This document shows positions 45,419-54,918 of a stretch of 64,000 nt of DNA, piece by piece. This DNA is from Candidatus Marinacidobacterium sp. (GTDB taxonomy: Bacteria > Acidobacteriota > Vicinamibacteria > Marinacidobacterales > Marinacidobacteraceae). Where the stretch lies: contig OZ242011.1 in NCBI GenBank assembly GCA_965204755.1, positions 1 to 64,000 of the forward strand, in the 5' to 3' direction. Position 1 is the first letter of the stretch. Every line of letters starts with the position of its first letter. The notes below the pieces were generated by a model. That model saw only the letters and a list, made by a program, of their open reading frames with translations. It was not told the DNA's origin and did not search any database. A program made the position numbers and the translations under genes.

Positions 45419-46984
45419 CTACCGGCGGGTGGAAGAAGCGCCGCGCGCGCCGCCGGCCACCGGGCCTTCCGCCCCCCGCCGCCGCGCCGCGGCGAGGGCG
45501 CGGCGGCCGATCTCCGCCGCGGAGAACCACAGGAACGGCCACGCGGCCGCCGCGTAGCGGAGCGAACTGAAGTTGAACGCCGCGACGACGAAGTAGTAGC
45601 CGAGCGCCGCGACCGCGGCGAGCGCGGCCCCGACCAACCGGGGGTCCATCTCGCCGGCGCCGCGCCGAAACCGCTCCCGGAACGCGAGGACGACCGACAG
45701 GAGGCAGGCGGCGAACGAAGCGATTCCGGCGAGCCGGACGAACGGGGCGGCCGGACCGGGGATCCGCAGGGTTTCGGAGATCGGGGCCGAGAGTTGGGCC
45801 GACCGGAGGACGGCGTCGTCCGGCAGGGCGCCGGCCCGGCCGGAGAGCCGGCGCGCGAAGTCGGCGGTGTGGAGCGTGGGGAGCGTCCACAGGCCGACGA
45901 AGTGGACCGCGGCGTTCGCCGCCCACTCCGAGGGAGCGGCCAGCAGCGCCTCCAGGCTCACCTCCCGCAGCCGCGCGTTCACCGGGACCCCGTCCCGCTC
46001 CGCGAGTTCCTCCGCCGTCCCGCGGAAGAGCCGGAGGTAGGTCCGGTGCTGCAGTTCGTGCTCCGCGCGCCGCAACAGGATCGAGCGCAGGAAGAAGCCG
46101 GGCGCGTCGGCCAAGGCGCGGCGAAACGGCGCCGCCCGGCGCCGGGCCTCCCGGAAGAACGCGTTCCACTCCGGGTCGCCCGCCGCCGGTTTCTCCGACG
46201 GGATGAGCAGGGCCTTGGCGAACAGGTGGTGGGCCACGACGCTCGGGCGGTCCGGCCGGTCGGGGTACGCCCGGTTCCAGGCGGCGTTTTCGGCCAGGAA
46301 ACAGACCGCGAGGGGAAGGACCAGCGCCGCCGCCAGCCGCAGCCTCCGCCCGCCTGTCCGGGGCCACAGCAGCCAGGCGGCTGCCGGCCAGACGAGGAGC
46401 AGCAGCGCCCCGGCGGGACGCGCGGCGACCGCCAGCCCGCCCAGCGCCGCCCCGGCCAGCAGCCGCGGCGCGGTCGGCCGCAGGGAGAACAGGAGGGCCG
46501 CGCCGAGACTCCCCATCGCCAGCGGGACGAAGAGGGCCTCGGAGAGGATGTAGGCGTGGAACCGGACCCCGGCGGCGAGGACGAAGAGTCCGCCGGTGAG
46601 CGGGAGCGCGAATCCCGGGGAGCGATACACCCGATGCGCCGCGTACCCGAGGAACCAGACGGCGCCCGCGGTCAGGAGGAGTTGGACGCGCGGCGCGGCG
46701 GCGAGCCCGCCGAACAGCCGGCCGACCGCGTCCAGGAACGACGGGTACCCCGCCCACCGGGTGGCCCAGCGCGGCGCGCCGAATTCCACGAAGGAAGTGC
46801 TGTTACCGGGCTGGATCATCCCCGGGCCGTGCGGCGACCAGGCGCCGCCGCCGATCGGATCCGACCAGAACCAGGCGATGTACGCGAGAGCGCCGGCGAG
46901 CAGCAACCACGGAGTGGCTCGGCGGGCGGCCGCGGCAGTCGGGTCGGACGCCCCTTCCCCGGACGGCGTCCGAGCCCGGTTCAT
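45419..46984 (-). CDS. Polytopic membrane protein, GT-C (ArnT/PMT)-like
   Basis: R.AGYP.FL, ILSEALF, A.RP, about 11 hydrophobic segments, C-terminal RY motif. Confidence 0.62.
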   Translation of the reverse strand: MNRARTPSGEGASDPTAAAARRATPWLLLAGALAYIAWFWSDPIGGGAWSPHGPGMIQPGNSTSFVEFGAPRWATRWAGYPSFLDAVGRLFGGLAAAPRVQLLLTAGAVWFLGYAAHRVYRSPGFALPLTGGLFVLAAGVRFHAYILSEALFVPLAMGSLGAALLFSLRPTAPRLLAGAALGGLAVAARPAGALLLLVWPAAAWLLWPRTGGRRLRLAAALVLPLAVCFLAENAAWNRAYPDRPDRPSVVAHHLFAKALLIPSEKPAAGDPEWNAFFREARRRAAPFRRALADAPGFFLRSILLRRAEHELQHRTYLRLFRGTAEELAERDGVPVNARLREVSLEALLAAPSEWAANAAVHFVGLWTLPTLHTADFARRLSGRAGALPDDAVLRSAQLSAPISETLRIPGPAAPFVRLAGIASFAACLLSVVLAFRERFRRGAGEMDPRLVGAALAAVAALGYYFVVAAFNFSSLRYAAAAWPFLWFSAAEIGRRALAAARRRGAEGPVAGGARGASSTRR

Positions 46985-49005
46985 CCCGGTCGAACCGACG
47001 GGCGCGCGGGGCGGACCCGAAGCGGGGCGGCGGGCCGCCCCCCGGAGGACCCCGGTACGAGTAGCCGGCCCGACTCGATCCGGACCACCCGGTCGGCGGC
47101 GGCGAGGAACGCGGCGCTGTGGGTGGCCGCCACGACCGTCGTCTCGCCGCGAAGCGAGCGGAGGGTCTCCAGCACCCGGCCCTCGTTGGCCTCGTCGAGT
47201 TGGCTGGTCGCCTCGTCCAGCGCCAGCAGGGTCGGTCGGCGGAGCAGCGCCCGCGCGAAGGCGAGCCGCTGGCGCTCGCCGGCGGAGAGTCCGGCGCCAC
47301 CGTCCCCGATTTCGGCGTCCACGCCTTCGGGGAGGCGGAAGACGAAGTCGGCGGCGGCCGCCTCGAGGGCGCGCCGCATCTCCTCCTCGTCCGCGTCCTC
47401 CCGCCCCCAGGCCAGGTTCGCGCGGATCCGGCCGGGAAACAGGTAGGGCCGCGCCGCCAGCAGGGCGCACGAGGCCCGCCACCGGCGGCGGTTCCCGCCG
47501 TCCAGCGCCACCCCGTCCACCCAGATCCGTCCGGTCGTCGGCGGCATTAGTCCCACGAGGAGATCGGCGAGGGTGGTCTTCCCCGCGCCCGACGGCCCCG
47601 ACAGGACGAGGAACTCGCCGCGGCGGATGTCGAGATCGATCTCCCGAAGCGCGCCGCCGCCGGCGCCGCCGGCCCCGCCCGCGGCCGCGCCGAAGTCCCG
47701 GAGGTAGTCGAAGGAGACGCCCCGGACGCCCAGCCGCTCGGAGAGCACCATCCGCGCGCCCTCGCCGCGGCCCCCGCCGAGGGGAGGCAGCGAACCGTCG
47801 CGCCTGACAGTTCGGGACGAGGGGGCGCGCGGACGCTCCTCCGGGCGTTCCTCGGCGGCCGCCGTGAGATCGGCCAGCGCGCTCCGCGCGTGGAGGAAGG
47901 CCGGCAGCGTGTTCGCGAGGTCGTGGGCCCGCCACTGGACGCCGCCCAGCATGGTCATCGTCCGCGCCGACAGCACGACCACCACGACCAGGGTGGGCAG
48001 CGGCAGGCCGGTTTCGACCAGGACGAACCAGCCCGCCGCCGCCAGCACCACCGCGGCGCCGAACTGGATCGCCGCCCGGGCGAGCGCGGCGACCGTGGCG
48101 GAGGCGAGGCAGCGTTCGCGAAGCGCCGTTACCGCGGCGGAGAGATGGGCCACATGCGCCCGCTCGGCGGCGTGGCTCTTCGCGAACTTCAGTCCGGCGA
48201 GGAAGTCCTGGACCTGGGCGTAGATGACCCGGTTCGCGTCGGTGATCTCGCCGCCCAGGGTCTCGGAGCGGCGGAGGAGCGGGCGGGTGAGGCAGTAGAG
48301 GGCGACGATGGCGACGAGGATCGCCCCCGCGGTCGGCGGGGAGATGACGAAGGCGACGGCCAGGTGGGTCGCCGCGACCGTGAGCGCGACCGTCACATGC
48401 AGGAGGTGCCCGAAGGCGGCGCCGACGCGGCGGACCTCCCCGGTGAGCACATGGCGGAGGTCCGCTTCGCCGCGGGAGGCGAGGAATCGCCAGGACGCCG
48501 CCGACATCGCCCGGTGGAGCCTCTCCCGCAGGCGGTCCACCGCCCCGAGCCGCGCCCGCTCGAAGACCGCGTCCCGCTGCCAGGCCGCCGCGGCGCGCAC
48601 GCCGACCAGCCCGACGAAGAGGCCGAGGGCGACCGGGAGGGTGAGGCCGACGCCGATCCTCTCCAGCGAGGAGACCAGCGCCCCGTGGACGGCGCCTCCG
48701 GTTTCCCCGTCGCCGAAGCCGGAGGCGTGGAGGAGCGGGATCAGCGCGAGGAGGCTGAACCCTTCCGTGATGTTCCCGGCGAGGAGCAGCAGCGCCGCGA
48801 GCGCGGCGGTCCCCGGCCGGTCGGAGACCAGTTCGGAGAAGAGGGCGCCGACGCCGGAAAACCCGCCTCCCCGCGCCGGCCTCGTTGAGCCCGCCGGCCC
48901 CGCCGCGCTCCGGGTTCCCTCGCCGCCCGGCCCGCCGCGCTCCCCCTCCGGATCGCCCTCCCCGCGCGGCGTCGGGGGCGCCACCGGGCCGGGGCTCGCG
49001 GACAC
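46981..49005 (-). CDS. ABC transporter fused permease/ATPase (exporter)
   Basis: TMD with EG.SL..LIPLL; Walker A GPSGAGKTT, signature LSAGERQR, Walker B LDEATS; start approximate (GTG 49005). Confidence 0.9.
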   Translation of the reverse strand: MSASPGPVAPPTPRGEGDPEGERGGPGGEGTRSAAGPAGSTRPARGGGFSGVGALFSELVSDRPGTAALAALLLLAGNITEGFSLLALIPLLHASGFGDGETGGAVHGALVSSLERIGVGLTLPVALGLFVGLVGVRAAAAWQRDAVFERARLGAVDRLRERLHRAMSAASWRFLASRGEADLRHVLTGEVRRVGAAFGHLLHVTVALTVAATHLAVAFVISPPTAGAILVAIVALYCLTRPLLRRSETLGGEITDANRVIYAQVQDFLAGLKFAKSHAAERAHVAHLSAAVTALRERCLASATVAALARAAIQFGAAVVLAAAGWFVLVETGLPLPTLVVVVVLSARTMTMLGGVQWRAHDLANTLPAFLHARSALADLTAAAEERPEERPRAPSSRTVRRDGSLPPLGGGRGEGARMVLSERLGVRGVSFDYLRDFGAAAGGAGGAGGGALREIDLDIRRGEFLVLSGPSGAGKTTLADLLVGLMPPTTGRIWVDGVALDGGNRRRWRASCALLAARPYLFPGRIRANLAWGREDADEEEMRRALEAAAADFVFRLPEGVDAEIGDGGAGLSAGERQRLAFARALLRRPTLLALDEATSQLDEANEGRVLETLRSLRGETTVVAATHSAAFLAAADRVVRIESGRLLVPGSSGGRPAAPLRVRPARPSVRPG

Positions 49006-49016
49006 GGCGGCGTCCG

Positions 49017-50378
49017 TCAGTCGGGAAGGTGTTCCCGGGTCAGGTTCCTCGGCGCGTCGGCGGTGCAGAGGACATCGTCCTCGATGCGGACCCCGCCGTA
49101 CGGGGCCAGCGCCTCCACGACCCCGGAGTCCACCGCGGCGCGCTCCTCGGCTCCCTTCTCCCCGAACTCGCGGAGCAGGGACTCGATGAAATAGACCCCC
49201 GGCTCCACGGTGACCACCTGCCCGGGCGCCAGTGTCCGGGTGGTGCGGAGATGCGGATGCTCCTTCGGCGGCCGGCCCCGGCGCCCGTCGGGGGCCGCGA
49301 GGTGGCCGCCCACATCGTGCACCTGCACCCCGAGGAAGTGGCCGAGTCCGTGGGGGAAGAACGCCGCGCTGAGGCCGCTCTCCACCGCGGCCTCCGGCGC
49401 GACGCGCGCGACGCCGACTTCCCGCAGGACGCCGGCCAGGAGCAGGTGGGCGCGGTGGTGGAGATCCGCCCAGGGCGTCCCCGGACGGACGCCGGCGCAC
49501 AGTTCCCGCTGCGCCCGCTCCACGCCGGCGACCAACTCGAGGAACCGGGGGTCCGCGCCTTCCGCCGGGCGGGTGCGGGTGATGTCCGAGGCGTAGCCCC
49601 GGACGCGGGCGCCGGCGTCGAGCAGCAGGCTCTTCCCCGGCCGGTGCTCCGACCGCTTGCCCTCGTAGTGGAGGACCGCGCCCTTCCTCCCGGCGGCCAC
49701 GATGGTCGGGTACGGCAGGTCCGCTTCGGCGCCCCCGACCGCGGCGACGAAGGCCCGGTGGATTTCGATCTCGCTCGCCCCGCCGCGGAAGGCCGCTTCC
49801 GCCGCCCGGTGGCCCGCAGCGCCCAGCCGGTTCGCTTCGGCGACCTGCGCGACCTCGTAGCGGGTCTTCACCGCCCGCCGCCAGTCGAGGCGGCCCAGCA
49901 GTTCCGGCGGGTCCGGGGAGAGCCCCAGCGCCAGGGCCAGTTCCCGCCGCTCGCCGATGTAGGCCGCCTTCGCCTCGCCGAGCCGGGCCAGGGTCTCCGA
50001 CAGGACTTCCCGTTTGCTGCCGCACTCGGCGATCTCGAACCCCTCCGCCCAGAACGGGCTTCCCACCGGGGCGGGCTCGTACCAGTAGTCGTCCGGAACC
50101 AGCGCGGCGAGGAACGGCTTCTCCCCCGGGCGCAGCAGCAGCAGTTCGCCGGGAGATTCCCGCGGACAGAAGTGGAGGAAGTGGGCGTTCGCCCGGAACG
50201 GCGCCGGCTGGTCGTCCCGGTAGTAGTAGCGGAGCGCCCCGCTGTCGAGCACCAGCGCCTCCGGGAGGACGGCCTCGAGGTCCTCGGCGAGGCCGCGGAG
50301 CCGGATCTCGAGGTGTTCCGAAAAGAGCGCGGCGAGGTCTTCGGCCCGGGGGGCGGGCGTTTCGTCGTTCGGGGGCAC
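49017..50378 (-). CDS. pepQ: Xaa-Pro dipeptidase (prolidase)
   Basis: DDQ..PFRAN.HF, PY..IVA, VLHY, LLDAGA...GYASDITRT, FPHGLGH.LG.QVHDVGG, VEPG.YFI, GG.RIEDD. Confidence 0.93.
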   Translation of the reverse strand: MPPNDETPAPRAEDLAALFSEHLEIRLRGLAEDLEAVLPEALVLDSGALRYYYRDDQPAPFRANAHFLHFCPRESPGELLLLRPGEKPFLAALVPDDYWYEPAPVGSPFWAEGFEIAECGSKREVLSETLARLGEAKAAYIGERRELALALGLSPDPPELLGRLDWRRAVKTRYEVAQVAEANRLGAAGHRAAEAAFRGGASEIEIHRAFVAAVGGAEADLPYPTIVAAGRKGAVLHYEGKRSEHRPGKSLLLDAGARVRGYASDITRTRPAEGADPRFLELVAGVERAQRELCAGVRPGTPWADLHHRAHLLLAGVLREVGVARVAPEAAVESGLSAAFFPHGLGHFLGVQVHDVGGHLAAPDGRRGRPPKEHPHLRTTRTLAPGQVVTVEPGVYFIESLLREFGEKGAEERAAVDSGVVEALAPYGGVRIEDDVLCTADAPRNLTREHLPD

Positions 50379-50410
50379 CGGATGGCGGGAGGATACGACG
50401 GGGCGAGCCG

Positions 50411-52909
50411 TCAGCGGCTCTCCGGCCCGGGCGGGAACGCGATCTCGACGCTCCAGGAGTCGCCTTCGCCCGGGGCCCACTGTCCGGTGCGCAGACGGGC
50501 GACCGGGAAGTCCGGCAACGGGAGGATGGCGAGGCACCGACCGTCGTCGAGTCGTCCCCGCTCCCCGAACGCGAAGTCCCGGTTCTCGAAGCCGTGTTCC
50601 CGACGCCTTCCCGGCAACGCGTCCGGGGCCTCCGGGTAGAAGTGGGCGAAGAAGCGCTGTTCCGCTTCGCCCGGGGAGCAGGGTTCCCGGAGATAGAGCA
50701 GCGCGCGCCCGTCGAGGTAGAGGTCGAAGGGCGCGCGGGCGGCGGGATCGCCGAAGGCGCCGGACGAGATCGCCCGGTAGGCGGCGAGGTACCGGTCGGC
50801 GTCCAGTCGGCCGGAGGCGGTCCAGGCCTCGCCGGCGCCGCGGCCGAACTCGAAGGGGCGGATCGTCGCGCTTCCGGTCCTCTCGGTCGCGAACTGGCCG
50901 GTCGAGAACCGCGAGACCTCGTAGCGCGGCAGCGGCACGACCGCCGCGCAGGCGCGCTCCCCGGACGCGTCCCGGAGGACGCGCCCGTACGCCCCGAAGA
51001 CGAAATCGCGGTTGTCGAAGCCGTGGCGGCGCCGATCCGGAGGCAGGGACTCCGCCGAGGCCGGGAACAGGTGCAGCCGGAACCTCGCCCGGACATCCTC
51101 TTCCGCGCAGGGGCGGCGGTGATAGACGAGCGCGTCCCGCCCCGGGTAGATCCCGGTGTTCCGGTCGGCGTACACCGCGAACCTTCCTTCGGCGGCCGGT
51201 TGCCCCAGGGCGCCGGAGGCGGCGGCCCGCTCCGCCGAGACGAGCGGGTCGAGGCGGGGGGCCGCGCCGGCGGCCCGGCGGTACACCGCCCCGTCGGCGA
51301 GTTCCGCCACCGTCTGCAGTCCCGGGAGCGTCCGCAGGAGGCCGGCGGCGAACTCGCAGGGCGGAGCCCAAGTGTGGTGGAACACCACGACGAGCCGCCC
51401 CTCGCGCATCCCCGCCAGCCATGCCAGGAGCCGCTCCCGCTCGCTCCGGAACCTCCCTTCGTTCGCGCAGGGCCACGGGTAATGCCTCCCTACCGTCGCC
51501 GTTCCGAGGAAGTCCACGACCGCCGGCTCGTTCGAATACACCGGCCCGGCTACGGCGTTCTCCCGGAGGTAGGCGAGGGTCTCCGAGCGGCTCCGGGCCG
51601 GCCCGGCGTAGCCGAGGTACCGGTCGCCCCGGTTCGCTTCGGCGATCGCCCGGGCGTGCGGCCGCGCCTGTCCCGCTGTCCACAGGCCGAGGACGAGGAA
51701 GAGGAGCGCCGCCGCCGGGCGGAACCGCCGGGCGGGCGGCGGGCCGGCGCGGGGGGGGATCGGCGCCCGCCGCTTCCCGAGGGCGAGGAGCCGGTCCAAC
51801 GAGGTTGCCAGCGCTACGAGCAGCGGCAGGTAGAGGGGGACGAGGTAGCGCGGCGCGACGCCCTCCGCCGCTTCGCCGCGCGCGACGGCGACGACCAGCG
51901 CGGCGGCGTAGGCCAGCGAAAAACCGCCGAACACCGCGACCGGCCGCCAGCCGGAAGCCCCCTCCGCCGTTCCCGGTGAACGCCGGCCCGCGAACGCCGC
52001 GGCGACCAGCGCGCCGGCGGCCAGGCCCGCGAGGTACGGGAGCGCCGCCCCGAGGCCGGGCAAGTCGAAGTCGAACCAGGAGAGGAGGCCGCGTCCGAGC
52101 CAACCCGCGACCCCTCCCGCCGGCGACGAAGCCCCCGCGCCGAGGCGCAGGTCCCCGTCCACCAGCCGGTGGCGGAGGATCCAGAGTCCGAGGGGCCCGA
52201 CGGCGACCGCCGCATGGACCGCCGCCCGCCCGAGCCGCCGGCGGAGCGGCTCGCGGCGGTCGAGCAGGAGGGCGAGGCCGACCACCGCCCCGAGGACCAC
52301 GCCCACGAACCGGGTCAGCAGCGCCAGCGCGCAGAACACGGACGCCGGGAGGAAGGAGGCGGGCCGTCCGGCGGGGGATCCCGGGGCCCGGCGGGCGAGG
52401 AAGTCGTCGCACCGGATCAGCGCCAGGACCGAAAACACCAGGAACGGCGCGTCGCTGAGCGCCCAGGAGGCCGTTTCGGCGAGCGGCAGCGAGAGCGCGG
52501 CGGCGCACGCGGCCCAGCCGGCCAGGAAGCGCGAATCGAAGCGCGAGTCGAGCCGGGCGGCGAGATACCGCGCGACGAGGAAGACCGAGAGCCCGAAGGC
52601 GGCCGCGCCGAGCGGCCCGGCGACCCGCAGGGGGTCGAACGCGCCGAGACTCGCCGCGGCGAGCAGCAGCGGGTAGAGGGGCGGCCAGAAGCCGGTGAAG
52701 ACGCTCCCGTCGAAGTGGGTGAGGCCCTCGCCCGCCAGCAGGTTCCGCGCGGCGGCCAGGTAGTGGAGCGAGTCGAGATCGAGCCGGACCCCGTACTCCG
52801 CCTGCCGCGCGAGGACCAGCGAAACGCCGAGCGCCGCCGCCGCGAGCGGGATGAGCAGGCGGCCGGCGAGGCCCCGCCGAGGAGTCTCCGGCGGCGGGGC
52901 GTCAGTCAT
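50411..52909 (-). CDS. GT-C-like membrane glycosyltransferase with two C-terminal copies of an unnamed repeat domain
   Basis: DS..YL.AARNLLAGEG, WPPLYPLLLA, LSD..F, LTRF.G, PRYL.PLY; tandem RFF.H..P...LP...GF.N.DF.F...C...LP...TGQ domains. Confidence 0.75.
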   Translation of the reverse strand: MTDAPPPETPRRGLAGRLLIPLAAAALGVSLVLARQAEYGVRLDLDSLHYLAAARNLLAGEGLTHFDGSVFTGFWPPLYPLLLAAASLGAFDPLRVAGPLGAAAFGLSVFLVARYLAARLDSRFDSRFLAGWAACAAALSLPLAETASWALSDAPFLVFSVLALIRCDDFLARRAPGSPAGRPASFLPASVFCALALLTRFVGVVLGAVVGLALLLDRREPLRRRLGRAAVHAAVAVGPLGLWILRHRLVDGDLRLGAGASSPAGGVAGWLGRGLLSWFDFDLPGLGAALPYLAGLAAGALVAAAFAGRRSPGTAEGASGWRPVAVFGGFSLAYAAALVVAVARGEAAEGVAPRYLVPLYLPLLVALATSLDRLLALGKRRAPIPPRAGPPPARRFRPAAALLFLVLGLWTAGQARPHARAIAEANRGDRYLGYAGPARSRSETLAYLRENAVAGPVYSNEPAVVDFLGTATVGRHYPWPCANEGRFRSERERLLAWLAGMREGRLVVVFHHTWAPPCEFAAGLLRTLPGLQTVAELADGAVYRRAAGAAPRLDPLVSAERAAASGALGQPAAEGRFAVYADRNTGIYPGRDALVYHRRPCAEEDVRARFRLHLFPASAESLPPDRRRHGFDNRDFVFGAYGRVLRDASGERACAAVVPLPRYEVSRFSTGQFATERTGSATIRPFEFGRGAGEAWTASGRLDADRYLAAYRAISSGAFGDPAARAPFDLYLDGRALLYLREPCSPGEAEQRFFAHFYPEAPDALPGRRREHGFENRDFAFGERGRLDDGRCLAILPLPDFPVARLRTGQWAPGEGDSWSVEIAFPPGPESR

Positions 52910-52957
52910 GGAACGGCGGGGGGAACGGCGGGGGGAACGACGGGAGGAACGGCGGGG
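52910..52957. repeat. Four 12-bp tandem repeats (GGAACGGCGGGG) abutting the start codon at 52909
   Basis: Units at 52910, 52922, 52934 and 52946. Confidence 0.85.
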
Positions 52958-53065
52958 GAGGCGGCGCGGCGCCCGGTGATTTTCGCCGGCCCCCGCTCCC
53001 CGGCGCGCCGGGCCGGCCCGCGCTCCGGCGGCGCCTCTTCGTCGGGCCCGCCGATCGGGCGGCGC

Positions 53066-53887
53066 TCAGCGCCGTGGCGCCGAGGCCCGGCCGGCCGCAG
53101 CGCGGGCCGGGGCCGCGGCCGGCGGTTTCGAGAACACCGCGGCGAAGTTGGTTCCCAGCACCCGCGCCGCCGGGCCGCCGTCCGCGCCGAACCGAAGCCC
53201 CCAGGGCGGGAAGAAGGAGAACCACTGCTCGGGTCGGAGCCCGGCCCGCCCGGCGGCGGCGAGGATCGCCTCCGGCGGGTAGTGGAAGACCGGCGTCTCC
53301 GTCCGCCCGCGCAGCCGGTCGAGCAGGGCGGCGCCGAACGCGGCCGCGCGGCGGACCCAGGCCCGGCGGTCGGGCCAGACGATCATCATCCTGCCTCCGG
53401 GCCGGAGGATCCGCGCCGCTTCGGCCACCAGGGTCGAGGCCGCGGTCGGGTCGTGCTGCTGGATGACCTCGACGGACAACGAGAGGGCGAAGACGCCCTC
53501 CCGGAACGGCAGTCGGAGCGCGTCCCCGCGCACGCCGACCAGCCCCGCCCGGGCCGCCGCCTCGCAGGCCGTCCGGTTGAAGTCGAGCCCGACGACGCGG
53601 CTTCCGAGCCGGACGAGCGGCTCGGTCATCAGGCCGACGCCGCAGCCGAGGTCCGCGATCGGCCCACCGTTCGGGGTCGCGCCGGACGCCGCGCGCGCGG
53701 TCTCCAGAACGACTTCCCGCTCCCGCCGGAACCAGCGCGCCGAGAGGTACCCCGACGCCTTCGGGCTCCGCGGCCCGTGGGCCGCGTAGGCCTCGTCGTA
53801 GAAGTCGCTGCCGTGCCGCCGCTCCCCCTTCTCCGCGGCCCGGACCGCCGCGCGCCCGGGAGGCGGCCGCGGAGTTCGCCCGGTCAT
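53066..53887 (-). CDS. Class I SAM-dependent methyltransferase
   Basis: DLGCGVG, VVGLD, GDA..LPF, EA.RILRPGG. Confidence 0.88.
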   Translation of the reverse strand: MTGRTPRPPPGRAAVRAAEKGERRHGSDFYDEAYAAHGPRSPKASGYLSARWFRREREVVLETARAASGATPNGGPIADLGCGVGLMTEPLVRLGSRVVGLDFNRTACEAAARAGLVGVRGDALRLPFREGVFALSLSVEVIQQHDPTAASTLVAEAARILRPGGRMMIVWPDRRAWVRRAAAFGAALLDRLRGRTETPVFHYPPEAILAAAGRAGLRPEQWFSFFPPWGLRFGADGGPAARVLGTNFAAVFSKPPAAAPARAAAGRASAPRR

Positions 53888-53912
53888 GCCCGCCCGCGAG
53901 GCGCCGGGGGCC

Positions 53913-54851
53913 TCAATAGTCGGCCAGGTACCGGCACAGCGCGGGGCCGACCCGGCGGGTCAGCGGACGGGGGAGGGCGCGCCAGAACCGCTGCGCCGTC
54001 GCATAGCGGCCGTAGAGGTCCGCGGAACGGTCGGAGAACCAGCGGAGCGGGATCGCCGTCGCGCCGAAGTTGCGCTTGAAGACATACGCCCCCTGCCCCG
54101 CCGACGACCGGCCGAAGTCCACGACTTCCACGCCGTCCCGGAGAGCGGTCTCGACCCAGCCCCAGAACAGCAGCGAGCCCGGGTAGTCCCGGCGGCGGAG
54201 CGCCCCGCTCCACGGCGCCCAGGCCAGCGATCCGTCCCGCAGCCAGATCAGCGCGGCCGCCGGTCGGCGAGCCGCGCCGTCCCGCACCACCAGGATGCGC
54301 GCGCCCAACTCGCTCACCAGCGCCGAGAACAACTTCGAAGGAACCATCGGGGACCCGTGCCGTTCGAAAGCGCGCCGGGCCAGGTCGTGGAAGGCGCCGA
54401 CCGCCGGAGCGCCGTCCTCTTCGGAAACGGTGTAGCCGGCCTCCCGGGCGCGGCGGATGGAGCGGCGCGCCCTCCGGGACAGCGCCCGCGTCCAGATCTC
54501 GCGGGAGTCGCGGCCCCAGGCGGAGAGGTCGAGTCGCTGCGCGGCGGGCGAACCCGGCGGCGGGTCGCCGTCGGTCGGTGATCCGAGCACCCGGATGTTG
54601 TAGGCCCGGCCCTTCGCCTCCCGGGCGAGGGCCTCCGCCCCGCTTCGATCGAGGTCGGAGGAGTTGAGGCCCGGCACATAGGCCCAGGTCGGTCTCCCCA
54701 GCGGCGAAGGCACGACCGCCCACCCTCCCTCGCTCCGCCAGCGGTACACGCCGCAGTAGATCGCCCGCCAGGCCGCGACGAACCCCGGACTGTGCCGACG
54801 GAGCAGGTTCGGCGAGGGCCCGCGGGGCGGCCGGGCCGGACCCGCCGTCAT
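53913..54851 (-). CDS. FemAB-like GNAT acyl/aminoacyltransferase (paralog 2)
   Basis: R..IRRA...G, F.RHGSP, W.GA.R...P..LL.W, DFGRS..G.G.Y.FK..FGA, R.GP.LCRYLADY. Confidence 0.78.
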   Translation of the reverse strand: MTAGPARPPRGPSPNLLRRHSPGFVAAWRAIYCGVYRWRSEGGWAVVPSPLGRPTWAYVPGLNSSDLDRSGAEALAREAKGRAYNIRVLGSPTDGDPPPGSPAAQRLDLSAWGRDSREIWTRALSRRARRSIRRAREAGYTVSEEDGAPAVGAFHDLARRAFERHGSPMVPSKLFSALVSELGARILVVRDGAARRPAAALIWLRDGSLAWAPWSGALRRRDYPGSLLFWGWVETALRDGVEVVDFGRSSAGQGAYVFKRNFGATAIPLRWFSDRSADLYGRYATAQRFWRALPRPLTRRVGPALCRYLADY

Positions 54852-54918
54852 CCGGTCATCTCCCGGTTCACCAAGCCGGTCATCAAGCCGTTCAACAGGC
54901 CGTTCATCGGGCCGGTCG
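54852..54918. repeat. 12-bp degenerate tandem repeat (about 5.5 units) filling the intergenic gap
   Basis: CCG(G/T)TCA.C..G units at 54852, 54864, 54876, 54888, 54900 and 54912. Confidence 0.8.

Noticed and set aside
49017-50378. pepQ as part of the glycan pathway
   Set aside because: Ordinary prolidase with its own candidate -10 box (TATCCT); no evidence of a functional link
43020-52508. Giant ORF-track proteins (1245, 1371 and 1163 aa), and 6248-9052 and 16547-18841, as multi-domain fusions
   Set aside because: Their N-terminal extensions are shadow frames over neighbouring genes; real starts reassigned to 45362, 49005, 50378, 7133 and 17632
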